A stretch of DNA of 56,514 nt from an uncultured virus (IMG/VR IMGVR_UViG_3300002835_000042) (Duplodnaviria; Heunggongvirae; Uroviricota; Caudoviricetes), in the IMG/VR virus record IMGVR_UViG_3300002835_000042; one strand, 5' to 3'. Position 1 is the first letter of the stretch. Each line of letters starts with the position of its first letter. Made by a program: the position numbers and the translations under genes. Shown in pieces: positions 10,714 to 20,775 of this stretch. The notes beneath the pieces were generated by a model. That model saw nothing but the letters and a program-made list of their open reading frames with translations. It searched no databases and had not been told where the DNA came from.

Positions 10714-11018
10714 TGGAACAGCAACAGACAACAATAGAGATGGTAAATGGTTTGGCAGAAATAGCAGACTATATGCAGGACGAGGAGTTGACTACAGCCC
10801 TTACCTTTATAGCCAAGATTATTATCAAGCCAGACATACCACTTAATGTGGCAACAGTTGAAATAGTTCGTTTACAGGCAATCGCTGCAAAGATGTCATT
10901 AAAGGCTACTTGGATGGCCAATGTTGATAAATCTGACAGGGGAAAGAAGAATCTTTACTATACTGCAGCGGAGTCAATTAACAATCTTGTATCTGCTCTA
11001 AAGTATATAATCCGATAA
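10713..11018 (+). CDS. hypothetical helical protein
   Basis: 101-aa coupled ORF. Confidence 0.6.
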   Translation: MEQQQTTIEMVNGLAEIADYMQDEELTTALTFIAKIIIKPDIPLNVATVEIVRLQAIAAKMSLKATWMANVDKSDRGKKNLYYTAAESINNLVSALKYIIR

Positions 11019-11052
11019 TCTGCTATACTTATAGTACTAGAAAAGAGATATA

Positions 11053-11868
11053 ATGACAAAAAATTTACTACATACAGTTATGATAAAGCCAGAAGAAAAA
11101 CCAGTTCATTCGATGAATGTTGATGCCCTTGTTGAAAAAATCAGAGAGGGATATACTATTAAAAGAGTAGATAAGCATACAACCAAAAAGACTTTTGCTC
11201 CTTCTACCATTGCTTACGGCCATGGAGAGTGTGCTAGATATTGGTACCTTGCTTTTGATGGACAGACATTTGAAGATAATGCTGACGCATATGCTGCAGC
11301 GAATATGACTGCTGGTACTCTTTCACATGCAAGAATTCAGGCAGCGATGATAGACTCTGGGGTAGCAAAGGTATATCGTGATGACGATAATAACGAAACT
11401 ACTGAATTTAAGATTAGGCATGATGATCCACCTATCTTTGGATATGGAGATGTTATGCTTGATTGGCAGGGAGAAGAACTCATTGGTGAAATTAAGACAA
11501 TGATGAATGAAGGGTTTGAGTATAGAAAGGCATCAGGTAAAGCCAAGACTGGCCACCTAATGCAATTACTTATTTATATGAAAATCTTAAAACGGCCAAA
11601 AGGTGTTATGATTTACGAAAACAAAAACAATCATGAACTTCTTTTGATTCCCGTAGATGTAAACGATCATTACCGTCGGTGGGTAGACCAGGCATTTGAT
11701 TGGATGAGGACAGTTCGAAAGGCATGGGAAAATAAAACTTTGCCAGTCAAGAACTATAGGTCCAACTCTAAGATATGCAAGTCATGCCCAATTAGAAAAG
11801 CATGTGAGTCTGCAGGACAAGGTGTAATAAAGATTGCACCCCTGGAGATTCTAAGTGAGACATTGTAA
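11053..11868 (+). CDS. Cas4-like PD-(D/E)XK exonuclease
   Basis: N-terminal Cys, GYGD...EIKT, QLLIY, C-terminal CKSCPIRKAC (Fe-S ligands). Confidence 0.85.
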   Translation: MTKNLLHTVMIKPEEKPVHSMNVDALVEKIREGYTIKRVDKHTTKKTFAPSTIAYGHGECARYWYLAFDGQTFEDNADAYAAANMTAGTLSHARIQAAMIDSGVAKVYRDDDNNETTEFKIRHDDPPIFGYGDVMLDWQGEELIGEIKTMMNEGFEYRKASGKAKTGHLMQLLIYMKILKRPKGVMIYENKNNHELLLIPVDVNDHYRRWVDQAFDWMRTVRKAWENKTLPVKNYRSNSKICKSCPIRKACESAGQGVIKIAPLEILSETL

Positions 11869-12139
11869 CTTTTGCGATAAACAATTTCCTCAGTCTGTAT
11901 CTTACCAGATATATTGTTCTCCAGAATGCAGAGAACTTGCAACAAAAGAAAAAATTGCTGCAAGGTATATGCAATCAAAAAGAGCAAAAAGAAAAGGAAA
12001 GACAAGGCTATGCAAATCTTGTTCTATGCCACTATCAATATATAATGATTTTGCAGTGTGCTCATCTTGTTCCGTAAATCCAGAAGCAGTAGTCAAAGCA
12101 ATTAAAAAGATTAAGGATAAGACAAATGGTAAAAAATAA
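11855..12139 (+). CDS. Cys-rich zinc-finger protein
   Basis: CNFC, YCSPEC, CKSC, CSSC. Confidence 0.6.
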   Translation: MRHCNFCDKQFPQSVSYQIYCSPECRELATKEKIAARYMQSKRAKRKGKTRLCKSCSMPLSIYNDFAVCSSCSVNPEAVVKAIKKIKDKTNGKK

Positions 12140-12704
12140 ATGGGGTCTAGAACTAAAGCCACAGACTATTTGCGCTATTGATGCTAGTACTAATAGCCTT
12201 GCCTTTGCTTTGTTTGAGGGGGAAGACTTAAAAACTGTAGGAAAAATAAACTTTCAAGGCAATGATATATATGAAAAGGTTATGGATGCAGGGAAAAAGG
12301 TAAAAGGATTTTTTGATATATACGGTGGGTTTGAGGCAATCGTGATTGAGCATACGGTATTCATGAATAGCCCTAAAACTGCAGCAGACCTTGCATTAGT
12401 TCAAGGAGCAATCCTTGGATCAGCAGGGCAATCTGGGACAAGAATAATTGGAAAAGTCTCTCCAATAACTTGGCAAAACTATATTGGTAATAAAAAAATA
12501 TCAAAGGATGAACAACTATTTATTCGTTCTCAGCACCCAGGAAAGTCAGAGTCTTGGTATAAAACCTATGAAAGAAATCTTCGTAAAGAAAGAACAATCA
12601 AGTTTATTAATACAATCTATGATAGAACTATTACTGATAACGATGTAGCAGACGCTTGTGGCATTGGACATTGGGCAATAAAAAACTGGGAGAAAGCAAT
12701 ATGA
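12126..12704 (+). CDS. RuvC-like Holliday junction resolvase
   Basis: AIDAST, VIE, DVADACGI RNase H-fold acidic residues. Confidence 0.8.
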   Translation: MVKNKWGLELKPQTICAIDASTNSLAFALFEGEDLKTVGKINFQGNDIYEKVMDAGKKVKGFFDIYGGFEAIVIEHTVFMNSPKTAADLALVQGAILGSAGQSGTRIIGKVSPITWQNYIGNKKISKDEQLFIRSQHPGKSESWYKTYERNLRKERTIKFINTIYDRTITDNDVADACGIGHWAIKNWEKAI

Positions 12705-13756
12705 AAATACTAGTATCAATAATTTCTTATAAAGAAGGAGACCTGCTGGGTACAGTTCTTGACTGCTACTCTAAAGCAAAAGACAAGGACAGCCTTTTCT
12801 TTTCTATAGTTGAAGAGCATTTTCCAGAATTTTATTCAGATCTTAGTTTTATACCAGAAAGCCAAATGCTATACAGAAAATTTGATTTATCTGAGTATAG
12901 AGGTATTCTCTGGGCAAGAGACCTAACAACAAAAGATATTCCAGTTGAGTTTGACTATGTCCTTTATATTTGTGGACACACAAGGTTTGAACAAGACTGG
13001 GATGTAACATGCCTACAGGAGTATGCAAAAGCAAAAGCAAAGTCTGAAACTGGGAAAGCAATCTTAACTTTTTGTAGTCCAGACTTTGCATACAATGAAG
13101 ATTGGTCTATTAAATATAAAGATGTCGTAAATACCAATCTTTATCATCCTTCTATTTCTGGATGGGATCCAAGATCTCAGACTGCTACAGACTTCATACC
13201 AGGATACTGGTTTCCAATTGGTCATGCTCCACCAGAGGACGATGATGTGCATGAAGGGTATTGGGTGCACTTTACTTGGTGCTTTGCAGAAAAGTCATAC
13301 ATAGATGAAGTTCCGCTTGATCCAGAAATGAATTTTAATGGAGAAGAGCCATATGTTTCTTTACAGTCCTGGGGTCGTGGATGGAGAATGTTTGCTACAT
13401 CTAAAATATTTTATTACCATAATCTTAAAAGAGAATACCCAGGAGAACAAATAAGCAGACATAACACCGCCAGACCATGGGCAGACAATAAAAAACATTA
13501 TTACTGGGAGCATTCAAGAAAAGCAATGCTTAAGTTAAATTTATTGTTTTCTGGAAGACTTGAGGGCAAGTATGGAAATATTCCACTATCAGTTACACAA
13601 GAATACTGTAAAAAAAGTGGGATTGCTTTAGGTATGACAAGGTACAATCCAGAATACGACAAGATTGATGGGTATCAGCATATGATGGGAATAAAAGATT
13701 CTCCACCAGTCAACAGAGAAGATCTTGACTGGAAGGTTCCAGGAGTTGACAAATAA
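12701..13756 (+). CDS. glycosyltransferase, Gnt1-like GlcNAc transferase family
   Basis: ILVSIISYKE, RGILWAR, CGHTRFEQDWD, FNGEE motifs. Confidence 0.7.
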   Translation: MKILVSIISYKEGDLLGTVLDCYSKAKDKDSLFFSIVEEHFPEFYSDLSFIPESQMLYRKFDLSEYRGILWARDLTTKDIPVEFDYVLYICGHTRFEQDWDVTCLQEYAKAKAKSETGKAILTFCSPDFAYNEDWSIKYKDVVNTNLYHPSISGWDPRSQTATDFIPGYWFPIGHAPPEDDDVHEGYWVHFTWCFAEKSYIDEVPLDPEMNFNGEEPYVSLQSWGRGWRMFATSKIFYYHNLKREYPGEQISRHNTARPWADNKKHYYWEHSRKAMLKLNLLFSGRLEGKYGNIPLSVTQEYCKKSGIALGMTRYNPEYDKIDGYQHMMGIKDSPPVNREDLDWKVPGVDK

Positions 13757-13760
13757 CGCC

Positions 13761-13916
13761 ATGGCTGCTAAACTATATACATCAGAAGTCTTTATGCGTA
13801 AGCGTTATCTTATGGACAAAAAGACTCCAGACGAGATTGCAAAGGAGTGTGGGGTAAGCGTGGAAACTATTTATGTGTATCTTGCAAAATTTGGATTAAG
13901 GAAATCTAAACGATGA
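13761..13916 (+). CDS. small HTH DNA-binding protein
   Basis: TPDEIAKECGVSVETIYVYL HTH. Confidence 0.7.
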   Translation: MAAKLYTSEVFMRKRYLMDKKTPDEIAKECGVSVETIYVYLAKFGLRKSKR

Positions 13917-14047
13917 GTAAAACAAAAAAGATTATTTTAGCCATTACCGTGGCTAGTTCAGTAGGTATAGCCTATGTCATTAATTCCTTTAAAAACTTTC
14001 CAGATATTTTTGACTTAAGTGACGAGGAGGATGAGGATGAGTTCTGA
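13913..14047 (+). CDS. small membrane-anchored protein with acidic tail
   Basis: MSKTKKIILAITVASSVGIAYV...DEEDEDEF fills the gap. Confidence 0.5.
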   Translation: MSKTKKIILAITVASSVGIAYVINSFKNFPDIFDLSDEEDEDEF

Positions 14048-14309
14048 GACACAGTTTACTATTGCTCAGGTTTGTGATGAAATTAAAGAAATGTTAATTG
14101 CAAAAAACAAATCTTATGGTGACTCTGCTCTTAATCCTGTTAGGGTTTTTGCCACATCAGACAGAGTAGAGCAACTACATGTTCGAATTGACGACAAACT
14201 TTCTAGAATAACTAGGGGCGGATCTTATATTGGTGATAACGATTTAGACGATTTAATTGGTTATCTAGTATTACTAAAAATAGCAAGGGAATTAAATAAT
14301 GTCAACTGA
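14037..14309 (+). CDS. DUF1599/Nmad1-like nucleotide-modification-associated protein
   Basis: KNKSYGDS...RIDDKLSRI...DLIGY. Confidence 0.65.
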   Translation: MSSETQFTIAQVCDEIKEMLIAKNKSYGDSALNPVRVFATSDRVEQLHVRIDDKLSRITRGGSYIGDNDLDDLIGYLVLLKIARELNNVN

Positions 14310-14844
14310 AGATGATCTAGTTAAGCATCTTGATCAAGTTAATCAAGTAGTAGAAGAATACCTAAAGGGAAATGACCCTACGGTAATTTCTAAACAACTA
14401 GACATCCCAAGGACTAAAGTAGTAACACTTATTAATGAGTGGAAGGTTATGGCGTCTGCTAATGATGCTATCCGTGCTCGTGCCAAAGAAGCACTGGCTG
14501 CTGCAGACACACACTACAGTAAATTAGTTTCTCGTACATACGAAGTTATTGATGAAGCATCAATGACTAATAACCTTAGCGCAAAGACTGCTGCAATTAA
14601 ACTTGTAATGGATATTGAATCTAAAAGAATTGATATGCTACAGAAGGCTGGCTTGCTTGAGAACAAAGAACTTGCAGAAGAAATGGTTGAGATTGAAAGA
14701 AGACAAGAAGTTCTGGTGGGAATTCTTAGAGATATAGCGTCAGAACATCCAGAAGTAAGAGACATTATCATGCAAAGACTATCTGCTATTGCAAAGCAAA
14801 ACGAAGTAGTAACGATTGTATCTGAATCAATTAGTGAGCAGTAA
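14299..14844 (+). CDS. HTH/coiled-coil protein, candidate terminase small subunit
   Basis: N-terminal HTH; directly upstream of and coupled to terL. Confidence 0.55.
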   Translation: MSTEDDLVKHLDQVNQVVEEYLKGNDPTVISKQLDIPRTKVVTLINEWKVMASANDAIRARAKEALAAADTHYSKLVSRTYEVIDEASMTNNLSAKTAAIKLVMDIESKRIDMLQKAGLLENKELAEEMVEIERRQEVLVGILRDIASEHPEVRDIIMQRLSAIAKQNEVVTIVSESISEQ

Positions 14845-16625
14845 TGGCAAACTTTGATGATTTTTTAGAAGTTCTTAAAAGTAATCACTTTGAAGAAACC
14901 CCAGTAGATGCAAAGACTTTTGTTGAGTCTCCAGACTACCTTGGCCAACCACCTTTGTCTGATATTCAATATGACATTGTTGAGGCTATGAGTCAGATTT
15001 ATCGTAAAGAAGATTTGATAGATATAATGGGGGAAGAAAAAGGATCAAGGTACTACGATAAGTACACAAAGAATGAAATCATCCTGCAACTTGGCAAGGG
15101 ATCTGGAAAAGACTTCACATCAACCGTAGCATGTTCATATATAGTATATAAACTATTATGCCTAAAAGACCCTGCAAAGTATTTTGGAAAGCCCTCTGGA
15201 GATGCTATTGACCTTATCAATGTTGCTATTAACGCACAACAAGCAAAGAATGTTTTCTTTAAAGGTTTTAAATCTAAGATTGAAAAGTCCCCATGGTTTG
15301 CTGGAAAGTATAATGCTAAGGCAGACTCAGTTGAGTTTGATAAATCAATTACTGTTTATTCTGGTCACTCAGAAAGAGAATCACATGAGGGTTTGAACTT
15401 GCTACTTGCAGTACTTGATGAGATTTCTGGTTTTGCATCTGAGGTTGGAACAGGTAACGAACAAGGAAAGACTGCAGACAACATTTACAAGGCTTTCCGT
15501 GGATCAGTAGACTCTCGTTTCCCAGATCTAGGTAAGGTTGTTTTGCTTTCATTTCCAAGATATCCAGGCGACTTTATTTCAGAAAAGTATGATGCAGTAA
15601 TTGCTGAAAAAGAATCAGTTGAAAAAACACATGAGTTTATAATTAATCCACTACTCCCAGACACAGATCCAGATAATAAGTTTCAAATTTCGTGGGACGA
15701 AGATCATATAATTTCATACAAGTACCCAGGAGTATTTGCACTAAAGAGACCTACATGGGAAGTAAACCCTACTCGCAAGATTGACGACTTTATGATTGCA
15801 TTTATGACAGACCTTGGTGATGCCATGATGCGCTTTGCATGCGTACCAACTTTTGCTTCAGATGCATTCTTTAAGCAGGCAGAAAAAGTAAGAGCCTGTA
15901 TGACATTAAGAAACCCAATAGATAACTTTAAAAGATTTGATGAAGCCTTTAAGCCAGATCCAACTAAGAAATATTATGTTCATGCTGACCTTGCACAGAA
16001 GCATGACAAGTGTGCTGTAGCAATTGCACATGTAGAAAAATGGGTAAACATACAAGTAATCAATAACTACGAACAAGTAGCACCAATCGTAGTAGTAGAT
16101 GCAGTAGCGTGGTGGGAGCCAAAGGTTGAAGGACCAGTAAACCTATCTGAAGTTAAACAATGGATCCAAAACCTTAGAAGGATAGGGTTTGATATTGGCA
16201 TGGTTTCGTTTGACCGTTGGCAGTCATTTGATATTCAAAATGAATTAAAGCAGGTTGGAATGAAAACTGATACTGTTTCTGTTGCCAAGAAGCACTATGA
16301 GGATATGGCTATGCTCGTGTATGAGGAAAGACTTGCTATGCCTGCAATTGATTTATTATTTGATGAACTAACCCAGTTAAAGATTATGAAAAATGATAGA
16401 GTTGACCATCCACGCAAAAAGTCAAAGGACTTGGCTGATGCTGTGTGTGGTGCTATTTTTGGGGCTATATCTTATACCCCTAAAAATACAGACACTGAGG
16501 TAGAGGTTCATACTTTTAGGGATAGACCTAAGCGAGTTGACGAACTACCTGAGAACGTGATACAATATAAACCTAGCCAGATAGAAGAAATAAAAGACTA
16601 CCTGGACAGACTAAAAACACTATAA
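14844..16625 (+). CDS. terL: terminase large subunit
   Basis: GKGSGKD Walker A, VLDE Walker B, HADLA...FDRW...KDLADA nuclease. Confidence 0.9.
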   Translation: MANFDDFLEVLKSNHFEETPVDAKTFVESPDYLGQPPLSDIQYDIVEAMSQIYRKEDLIDIMGEEKGSRYYDKYTKNEIILQLGKGSGKDFTSTVACSYIVYKLLCLKDPAKYFGKPSGDAIDLINVAINAQQAKNVFFKGFKSKIEKSPWFAGKYNAKADSVEFDKSITVYSGHSERESHEGLNLLLAVLDEISGFASEVGTGNEQGKTADNIYKAFRGSVDSRFPDLGKVVLLSFPRYPGDFISEKYDAVIAEKESVEKTHEFIINPLLPDTDPDNKFQISWDEDHIISYKYPGVFALKRPTWEVNPTRKIDDFMIAFMTDLGDAMMRFACVPTFASDAFFKQAEKVRACMTLRNPIDNFKRFDEAFKPDPTKKYYVHADLAQKHDKCAVAIAHVEKWVNIQVINNYEQVAPIVVVDAVAWWEPKVEGPVNLSEVKQWIQNLRRIGFDIGMVSFDRWQSFDIQNELKQVGMKTDTVSVAKKHYEDMAMLVYEERLAMPAIDLLFDELTQLKIMKNDRVDHPRKKSKDLADAVCGAIFGAISYTPKNTDTEVEVHTFRDRPKRVDELPENVIQYKPSQIEEIKDYLDRLKTL

Positions 16626-16645
16626 AACAAGGAGAAATAAATTAA

Positions 16646-17839
16646 ATGAACTCATTTAAGAAAATCGCACTAGCCATGGTTGCAGCCATGACTTTGGGCA
16701 CAATCGTAGCAACACCTGCAAGTGCTGCTGTAATGACAGTCGCTGTATCATTAGATTCTGTAGCAAACACTACAAACTCTTCTATTGCTACACCTGCTGC
16801 ATTGCCAGTACCCGCAGATAACACAGTTGACGCTGCAGACGCACTTAAGTTCGTCGCAACAGTTGACACAGGAACATCGGTTTCTGTTACAACAACAAAC
16901 GCAACAATCGTGTCTGCACTACACACAACCGCTGCACCAGTAGGAGCAACATCAGGATCTTCATCTTTGACAATTGCAACTGGTACAGGAACAACTGCAA
17001 CATTTTATGTCTACACAAAGACAACAGCAATTGGCACAGTTGTAATCAACAACCAGGGAACAACCCTTACATACTATGTACAGGGAACTGCTGGCAAGAT
17101 TAATACTCTTACAGTCTCTGCACCTGCCACAGGTGCTGCTGGTACAAAGCAAGATATCACAGTAACTGCAACAGATACATTTGGAAACAAAGTATCTGGT
17201 AAGTCAATTACTGCAACAGTATTTGCTGCAACAGCAACACTAGACACAGCAACAGCAACCACTGGTGCTACGCTTTCAGATTTTGGAGTTGCAAAGTTTG
17301 TTGCAACACTTCCAGCAACTGGAACACGCTCATTAATTACATTCAGCCCAACAACTGCTGCAGATGCAACAACTGCTGATGTAGTAGGTCTTCCTGCTCG
17401 TGCATTAGCACCGTTTGCAGAAATCACAGTCCGTGATCTAGTATCAGAACTTGCTGCACAGACTGCTGCTAAGGATGCAGCACTTGCTGCTAAGGCTGCT
17501 GCAGATGCTGCATTAGTTAAGGCAACAGCAGAGCACACTGCTCTAATTGCTGCTAAGAATGCTGAACTTGCAAAGTTCAAGGATGATACAACAACCGCAG
17601 TTGCTCAGGCAAAGGCTGTTGCAGATGCTGCTATTGCAGCAGAGAAGGCTGCTTCTGCTAAGGCACTTGCAGATGCAAAGGTAGCATCAGATGCTGCTCT
17701 TGCTGCTAAGGATGCACAGATTGCTAAGTTAACAGCAGATAACGCTGCTGCACTTGCTTCTTTGAAGAAGTCATTCAATGCACTTGCTACAAAGTGGAAC
17801 AAGAAGAATCCAAAGGCTAAGGTTGCTTTAGTTAAGTAA
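16646..17839 (+). CDS. secreted Ala/Thr-rich surface (S-layer/Ig-like) protein with C-terminal coiled coil
   Basis: Sec signal peptide ending PASA; strong RBS; strongly biased codons; terminator downstream. Confidence 0.7.
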   Translation: MNSFKKIALAMVAAMTLGTIVATPASAAVMTVAVSLDSVANTTNSSIATPAALPVPADNTVDAADALKFVATVDTGTSVSVTTTNATIVSALHTTAAPVGATSGSSSLTIATGTGTTATFYVYTKTTAIGTVVINNQGTTLTYYVQGTAGKINTLTVSAPATGAAGTKQDITVTATDTFGNKVSGKSITATVFAATATLDTATATTGATLSDFGVAKFVATLPATGTRSLITFSPTTAADATTADVVGLPARALAPFAEITVRDLVSELAAQTAAKDAALAAKAAADAALVKATAEHTALIAAKNAELAKFKDDTTTAVAQAKAVADAAIAAEKAASAKALADAKVASDAALAAKDAQIAKLTADNAAALASLKKSFNALATKWNKKNPKAKVALVK

Positions 17840-17854
17840 TTAGTCCAACACTAA

Positions 17855-17885
17855 AGGGGTTATCAATTGTGATAGCCCCTTTTTT
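17855..17885 (+). terminator. intrinsic terminator
   Basis: AGGGGTTATC-aattgt-GATAGCCCCT hairpin followed by a T run. Confidence 0.85.
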
Positions 17886-17979
17886 GTGCAATAAAATGAT
17901 ATAATAACCCTATCAGACATTAGTCTGCAAGGGGGAAAGGCAAATAAAACGCTTAACAAGAATAGTAACAGCCACTTTA

Positions 17980-20037
17980 TTGGCCTTTGGATGGCTTCTA
18001 ATAGCCCCTACAGAGGCCAATCCTAACGATCCCATATCAGTTGCTGCTCAAGAAATACAAGACCTTAAAGACAGCGTAGATGACCTTGGGTATAAAGATC
18101 AGTTCAATAGCCTTATTGATATAGCAGAAAATAAATATAACTTTGCCGTTGATGCTAAACAGGATAGGGACGATGCCTATGCTGCACATACCAATGCCCT
18201 ATCTGCAGAAACCACGGCACTTGAAGAAAAAGACTTAGCCCAAACAGCAGTAGATGGACAAACAGTAACGGTAGCCACAGCACTAGAAAATAAAAATGAT
18301 GCACAAGACGCCCTTGACATAGCAAATATAAATCTATCTACAGCACAAGCATCTGTGCAGGGTGGTGTAGGACTTGAGTATACCGTTTATCATCTATTAA
18401 GAAATGGTAGCGTAGCGATACCTGGATCTGTTATATGTACTGGCACATGGAATTCAAGTTCAATGAACCTTCCAGTTTGCGGATACTATGAAAATATTAT
18501 CGTTAAGTTTACTGGAGTAATTACGGTGCCATCACACTGGACCTCGACATATTTTGCAGGGTACACAGATGATGGATTTAGAATGTATGTTAACGGAAAC
18601 CTTGCTGTTAATAACTGGGTAGAGCAAGGAACAACATGGAGTCCATATTCTCCAGTGTACGATGTTAGTGAAGACAAGACTTTAGATGTAGAGATATGGT
18701 GGTATAACGGTGGAGGCCCAGGATCCTATCATCTTGGATGGGCAATTCCTGGAGGTTGGACTGGAGCAGGTTGTGATTATACTGGTGGATGGGGTGTAGG
18801 TTTTAGTTGTAATCTTAATACATTCTCCCATGGCACACAAGCAAGTCAAGAACAAGTTAATGCATATAATGCTGCCCTTGTTGCAAAGACCTCAGCCCAA
18901 GCAGTATACAATGACAAACTAAATGTTTACAATCAGGCAGTTTCAACACTGAACACATACAACCAAACCTTGACAACTAAAACTAACAACTATAATACTG
19001 CCGTAACAAACACAGCAACTGCACTACAGAACAAAGAAAATGCAGAAGATGAATATGATCAGTCAATAGTTGATCTTAATAGTGCCATTGAAGATGCATG
19101 GGAATATTATTATGAGCAGGCACAACGAGAACTTAATGCTGCTATTGCTCAAGCAGCAGCCAATGCTGCAGCCAATCAGCCTACACCAGAACCTTCACCA
19201 GAGCCTACTACAGAACCAACTGAAGAGCCAACTCCTGATCCTACAGATGAGCCAAGCCCAGAACCTTCTACAGAGCCAACTGAAGAACCAATAGAAGAAC
19301 CTACACCAGAGCCTTCTCCAGAGCCTACAGTAGATCCTACAGATGAGCCTACACCTGAACCTACCCCAGAGGTTACACCAGAGCCAGAACCAACTGAAGA
19401 GCCAGTTGCAGAGCCTACTGAAGAGCCTACCCCAGAACCATCGCCAGAGCCTGGACCAGAACCAGAGCCAGAAGAGAATCCTTGGACTGAGCCAGATGTA
19501 GAAATTGAAGATGAAGTTTTAGCAGCACTTGTTCCTGAAAAAGGAACTGGAACATCAGAAGATCTATCTGGAGTTATTGCTAACCTTACAAGCAAGGATA
19601 ACAAATTAGTTATTCTTTCCCCTGAACAAATAACAGCAGTTAGCCAAACACTTAAAGCATTGACTCAAGAAGCAAAGCAGGAGGTTGCAGAAGATCTTGG
19701 TATTAAGGTCTCAGAAGTTGCACAGATTGCTGAGCAGATGAAGTCTAATCCAGAACTTGCTTCAGCATTTGTTGAGTTTGGTGATAGAGCAGAATCTGCA
19801 GGGGATACACCAATGCCCTTTACATTAGCAGATGCAGTAACAGAAGTACAAACAGAAGCATTCTTAGCAGACCCACTTGGAGCAGTCTTTGCAGTGGACC
19901 CAGTAGAACTCCTATCTAATTTCTCTGAGTTAGGTATGGATATGACAGACGATCAGAGAGAGAAAGCGCAAGAAGTAATTGTCCCAGTGATCATCGTATC
20001 ACAAATTGCAGGGGCAGTCATAAGGAGGAACAAATGA
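17980..20037 (+). CDS. large exported protein with PA14 domain, coiled coils, Pro/Glu/Thr linker and C-terminal anchor (start uncertain)
   Basis: FAGYTDDGFRMYVNG...WWYNGGG PA14 motif; PTPEP repeats. Confidence 0.75.
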   Translation: MAFGWLLIAPTEANPNDPISVAAQEIQDLKDSVDDLGYKDQFNSLIDIAENKYNFAVDAKQDRDDAYAAHTNALSAETTALEEKDLAQTAVDGQTVTVATALENKNDAQDALDIANINLSTAQASVQGGVGLEYTVYHLLRNGSVAIPGSVICTGTWNSSSMNLPVCGYYENIIVKFTGVITVPSHWTSTYFAGYTDDGFRMYVNGNLAVNNWVEQGTTWSPYSPVYDVSEDKTLDVEIWWYNGGGPGSYHLGWAIPGGWTGAGCDYTGGWGVGFSCNLNTFSHGTQASQEQVNAYNAALVAKTSAQAVYNDKLNVYNQAVSTLNTYNQTLTTKTNNYNTAVTNTATALQNKENAEDEYDQSIVDLNSAIEDAWEYYYEQAQRELNAAIAQAAANAAANQPTPEPSPEPTTEPTEEPTPDPTDEPSPEPSTEPTEEPIEEPTPEPSPEPTVDPTDEPTPEPTPEVTPEPEPTEEPVAEPTEEPTPEPSPEPGPEPEPEENPWTEPDVEIEDEVLAALVPEKGTGTSEDLSGVIANLTSKDNKLVILSPEQITAVSQTLKALTQEAKQEVAEDLGIKVSEVAQIAEQMKSNPELASAFVEFGDRAESAGDTPMPFTLADAVTEVQTEAFLADPLGAVFAVDPVELLSNFSELGMDMTDDQREKAQEVIVPVIIVSQIAGAVIRRNK
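19180..19475 (+). repeat. coding Pro-Thr-Glu tandem repeat (PT linker)
   Basis: Degenerate 12-nt units encoding PTPE/PTEE/PSPE. Confidence 0.85.
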
Positions 20038-20261
20038 AGATAATCAATAAAGCAATTAACCTTTTAGGTAAACTACTAAAGGGATTAGTTAAATGGTTTA
20101 AAGACGCAGGAATGGAATTAATTGCACAGGCATTCACCCTCCTTGGCTTCTTTATCGCATGGTTAACCCTAACAGGATCAGCCAGAGATATTGTTGGTAT
20201 TGCAGTACTTGCAACAACAGTAATTTGGTTAATTACAATACCGCTAAGAAAGGAGGACTAA
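20034..20261 (+). CDS. small membrane protein
   Basis: Two hydrophobic helices. Confidence 0.65.
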   Translation: MKIINKAINLLGKLLKGLVKWFKDAGMELIAQAFTLLGFFIAWLTLTGSARDIVGIAVLATTVIWLITIPLRKED

Positions 20262-20262
20262 A

Positions 20263-20475
20263 ATGAAAGATAAATTAATGTGGGTCATAACCCTAGGCAT
20301 ACTTGGCTTTATTGGCTTAGTAGTTCTTGGTGAATATGCCTCAATGCTCTTACAGCAATCTTCAACGGGTGAAAAATTTGGAACCAATGAAGATGCTATC
20401 GCTTTAGTTCAAAATGCCTTAGTAGGTCTAATTGGAATTATTGGCGGATATTTCGCTGGGAAAGGAGATAAATAA
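20263..20475 (+). CDS. small membrane protein
   Basis: Two hydrophobic helices; AGGAGG RBS. Confidence 0.65.
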   Translation: MKDKLMWVITLGILGFIGLVVLGEYASMLLQQSSTGEKFGTNEDAIALVQNALVGLIGIIGGYFAGKGDK

Positions 20476-20759
20476 TGGCAACTAAAAAGGTAGTAGAGGC
20501 CCCTAAAAAAGAGAGCCCACAAAAAGCCCTTTCTAATATATTAATGCGTATCGTAGCAGTGTTTGCTGCTTCTGGTCTATCAGTACTTGGTGCTGGTGCC
20601 GTAGTAGGAATTGATACCCTTCAGGCAGTAATGCTCGCAGGTCTGCTTGGTGTAGCAAGTGTCATTGAGAGGCTTGCAAGAGCCTTCTTAGACGATGGAA
20701 AACTCACATTAGCAGAGATTAATGATGCGTTTAAAACGGTAGACAAAAAGGCTAATTAG
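20475..20759 (+). CDS. membrane protein, holin-like
   Basis: Two TM segments with a charged C-terminus. Confidence 0.55.
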   Translation: MATKKVVEAPKKESPQKALSNILMRIVAVFAASGLSVLGAGAVVGIDTLQAVMLAGLLGVASVIERLARAFLDDGKLTLAEINDAFKTVDKKAN

Positions 20760-20775
20760 TCATTATTGACCCTAG

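Noticed and set aside
11053..11868. Cas4 as evidence of a CRISPR-Cas system
   Set aside because: Solo Cas4-like nucleases are common in phage replication modules; no array or other cas genes are seen
5995..16625. Inteins or introns in DnaE, RecA or terminase
   Set aside because: Lengths are ordinary and no splice-junction or LAGLIDADG motifs were seen
16642..17802. Long antisense ORFs opposite Ala/Thr-rich and other genes
   Set aside because: Shadow ORFs from codon bias; no RBS or promoter support
19176..19604. Short periodic repeats and a Gly/Ser-rich minus-strand ORF; possible CRISPR or separate gene
   Set aside because: Degenerate in-frame codons of the PT linker on the + strand; no constant repeat with unique spacers
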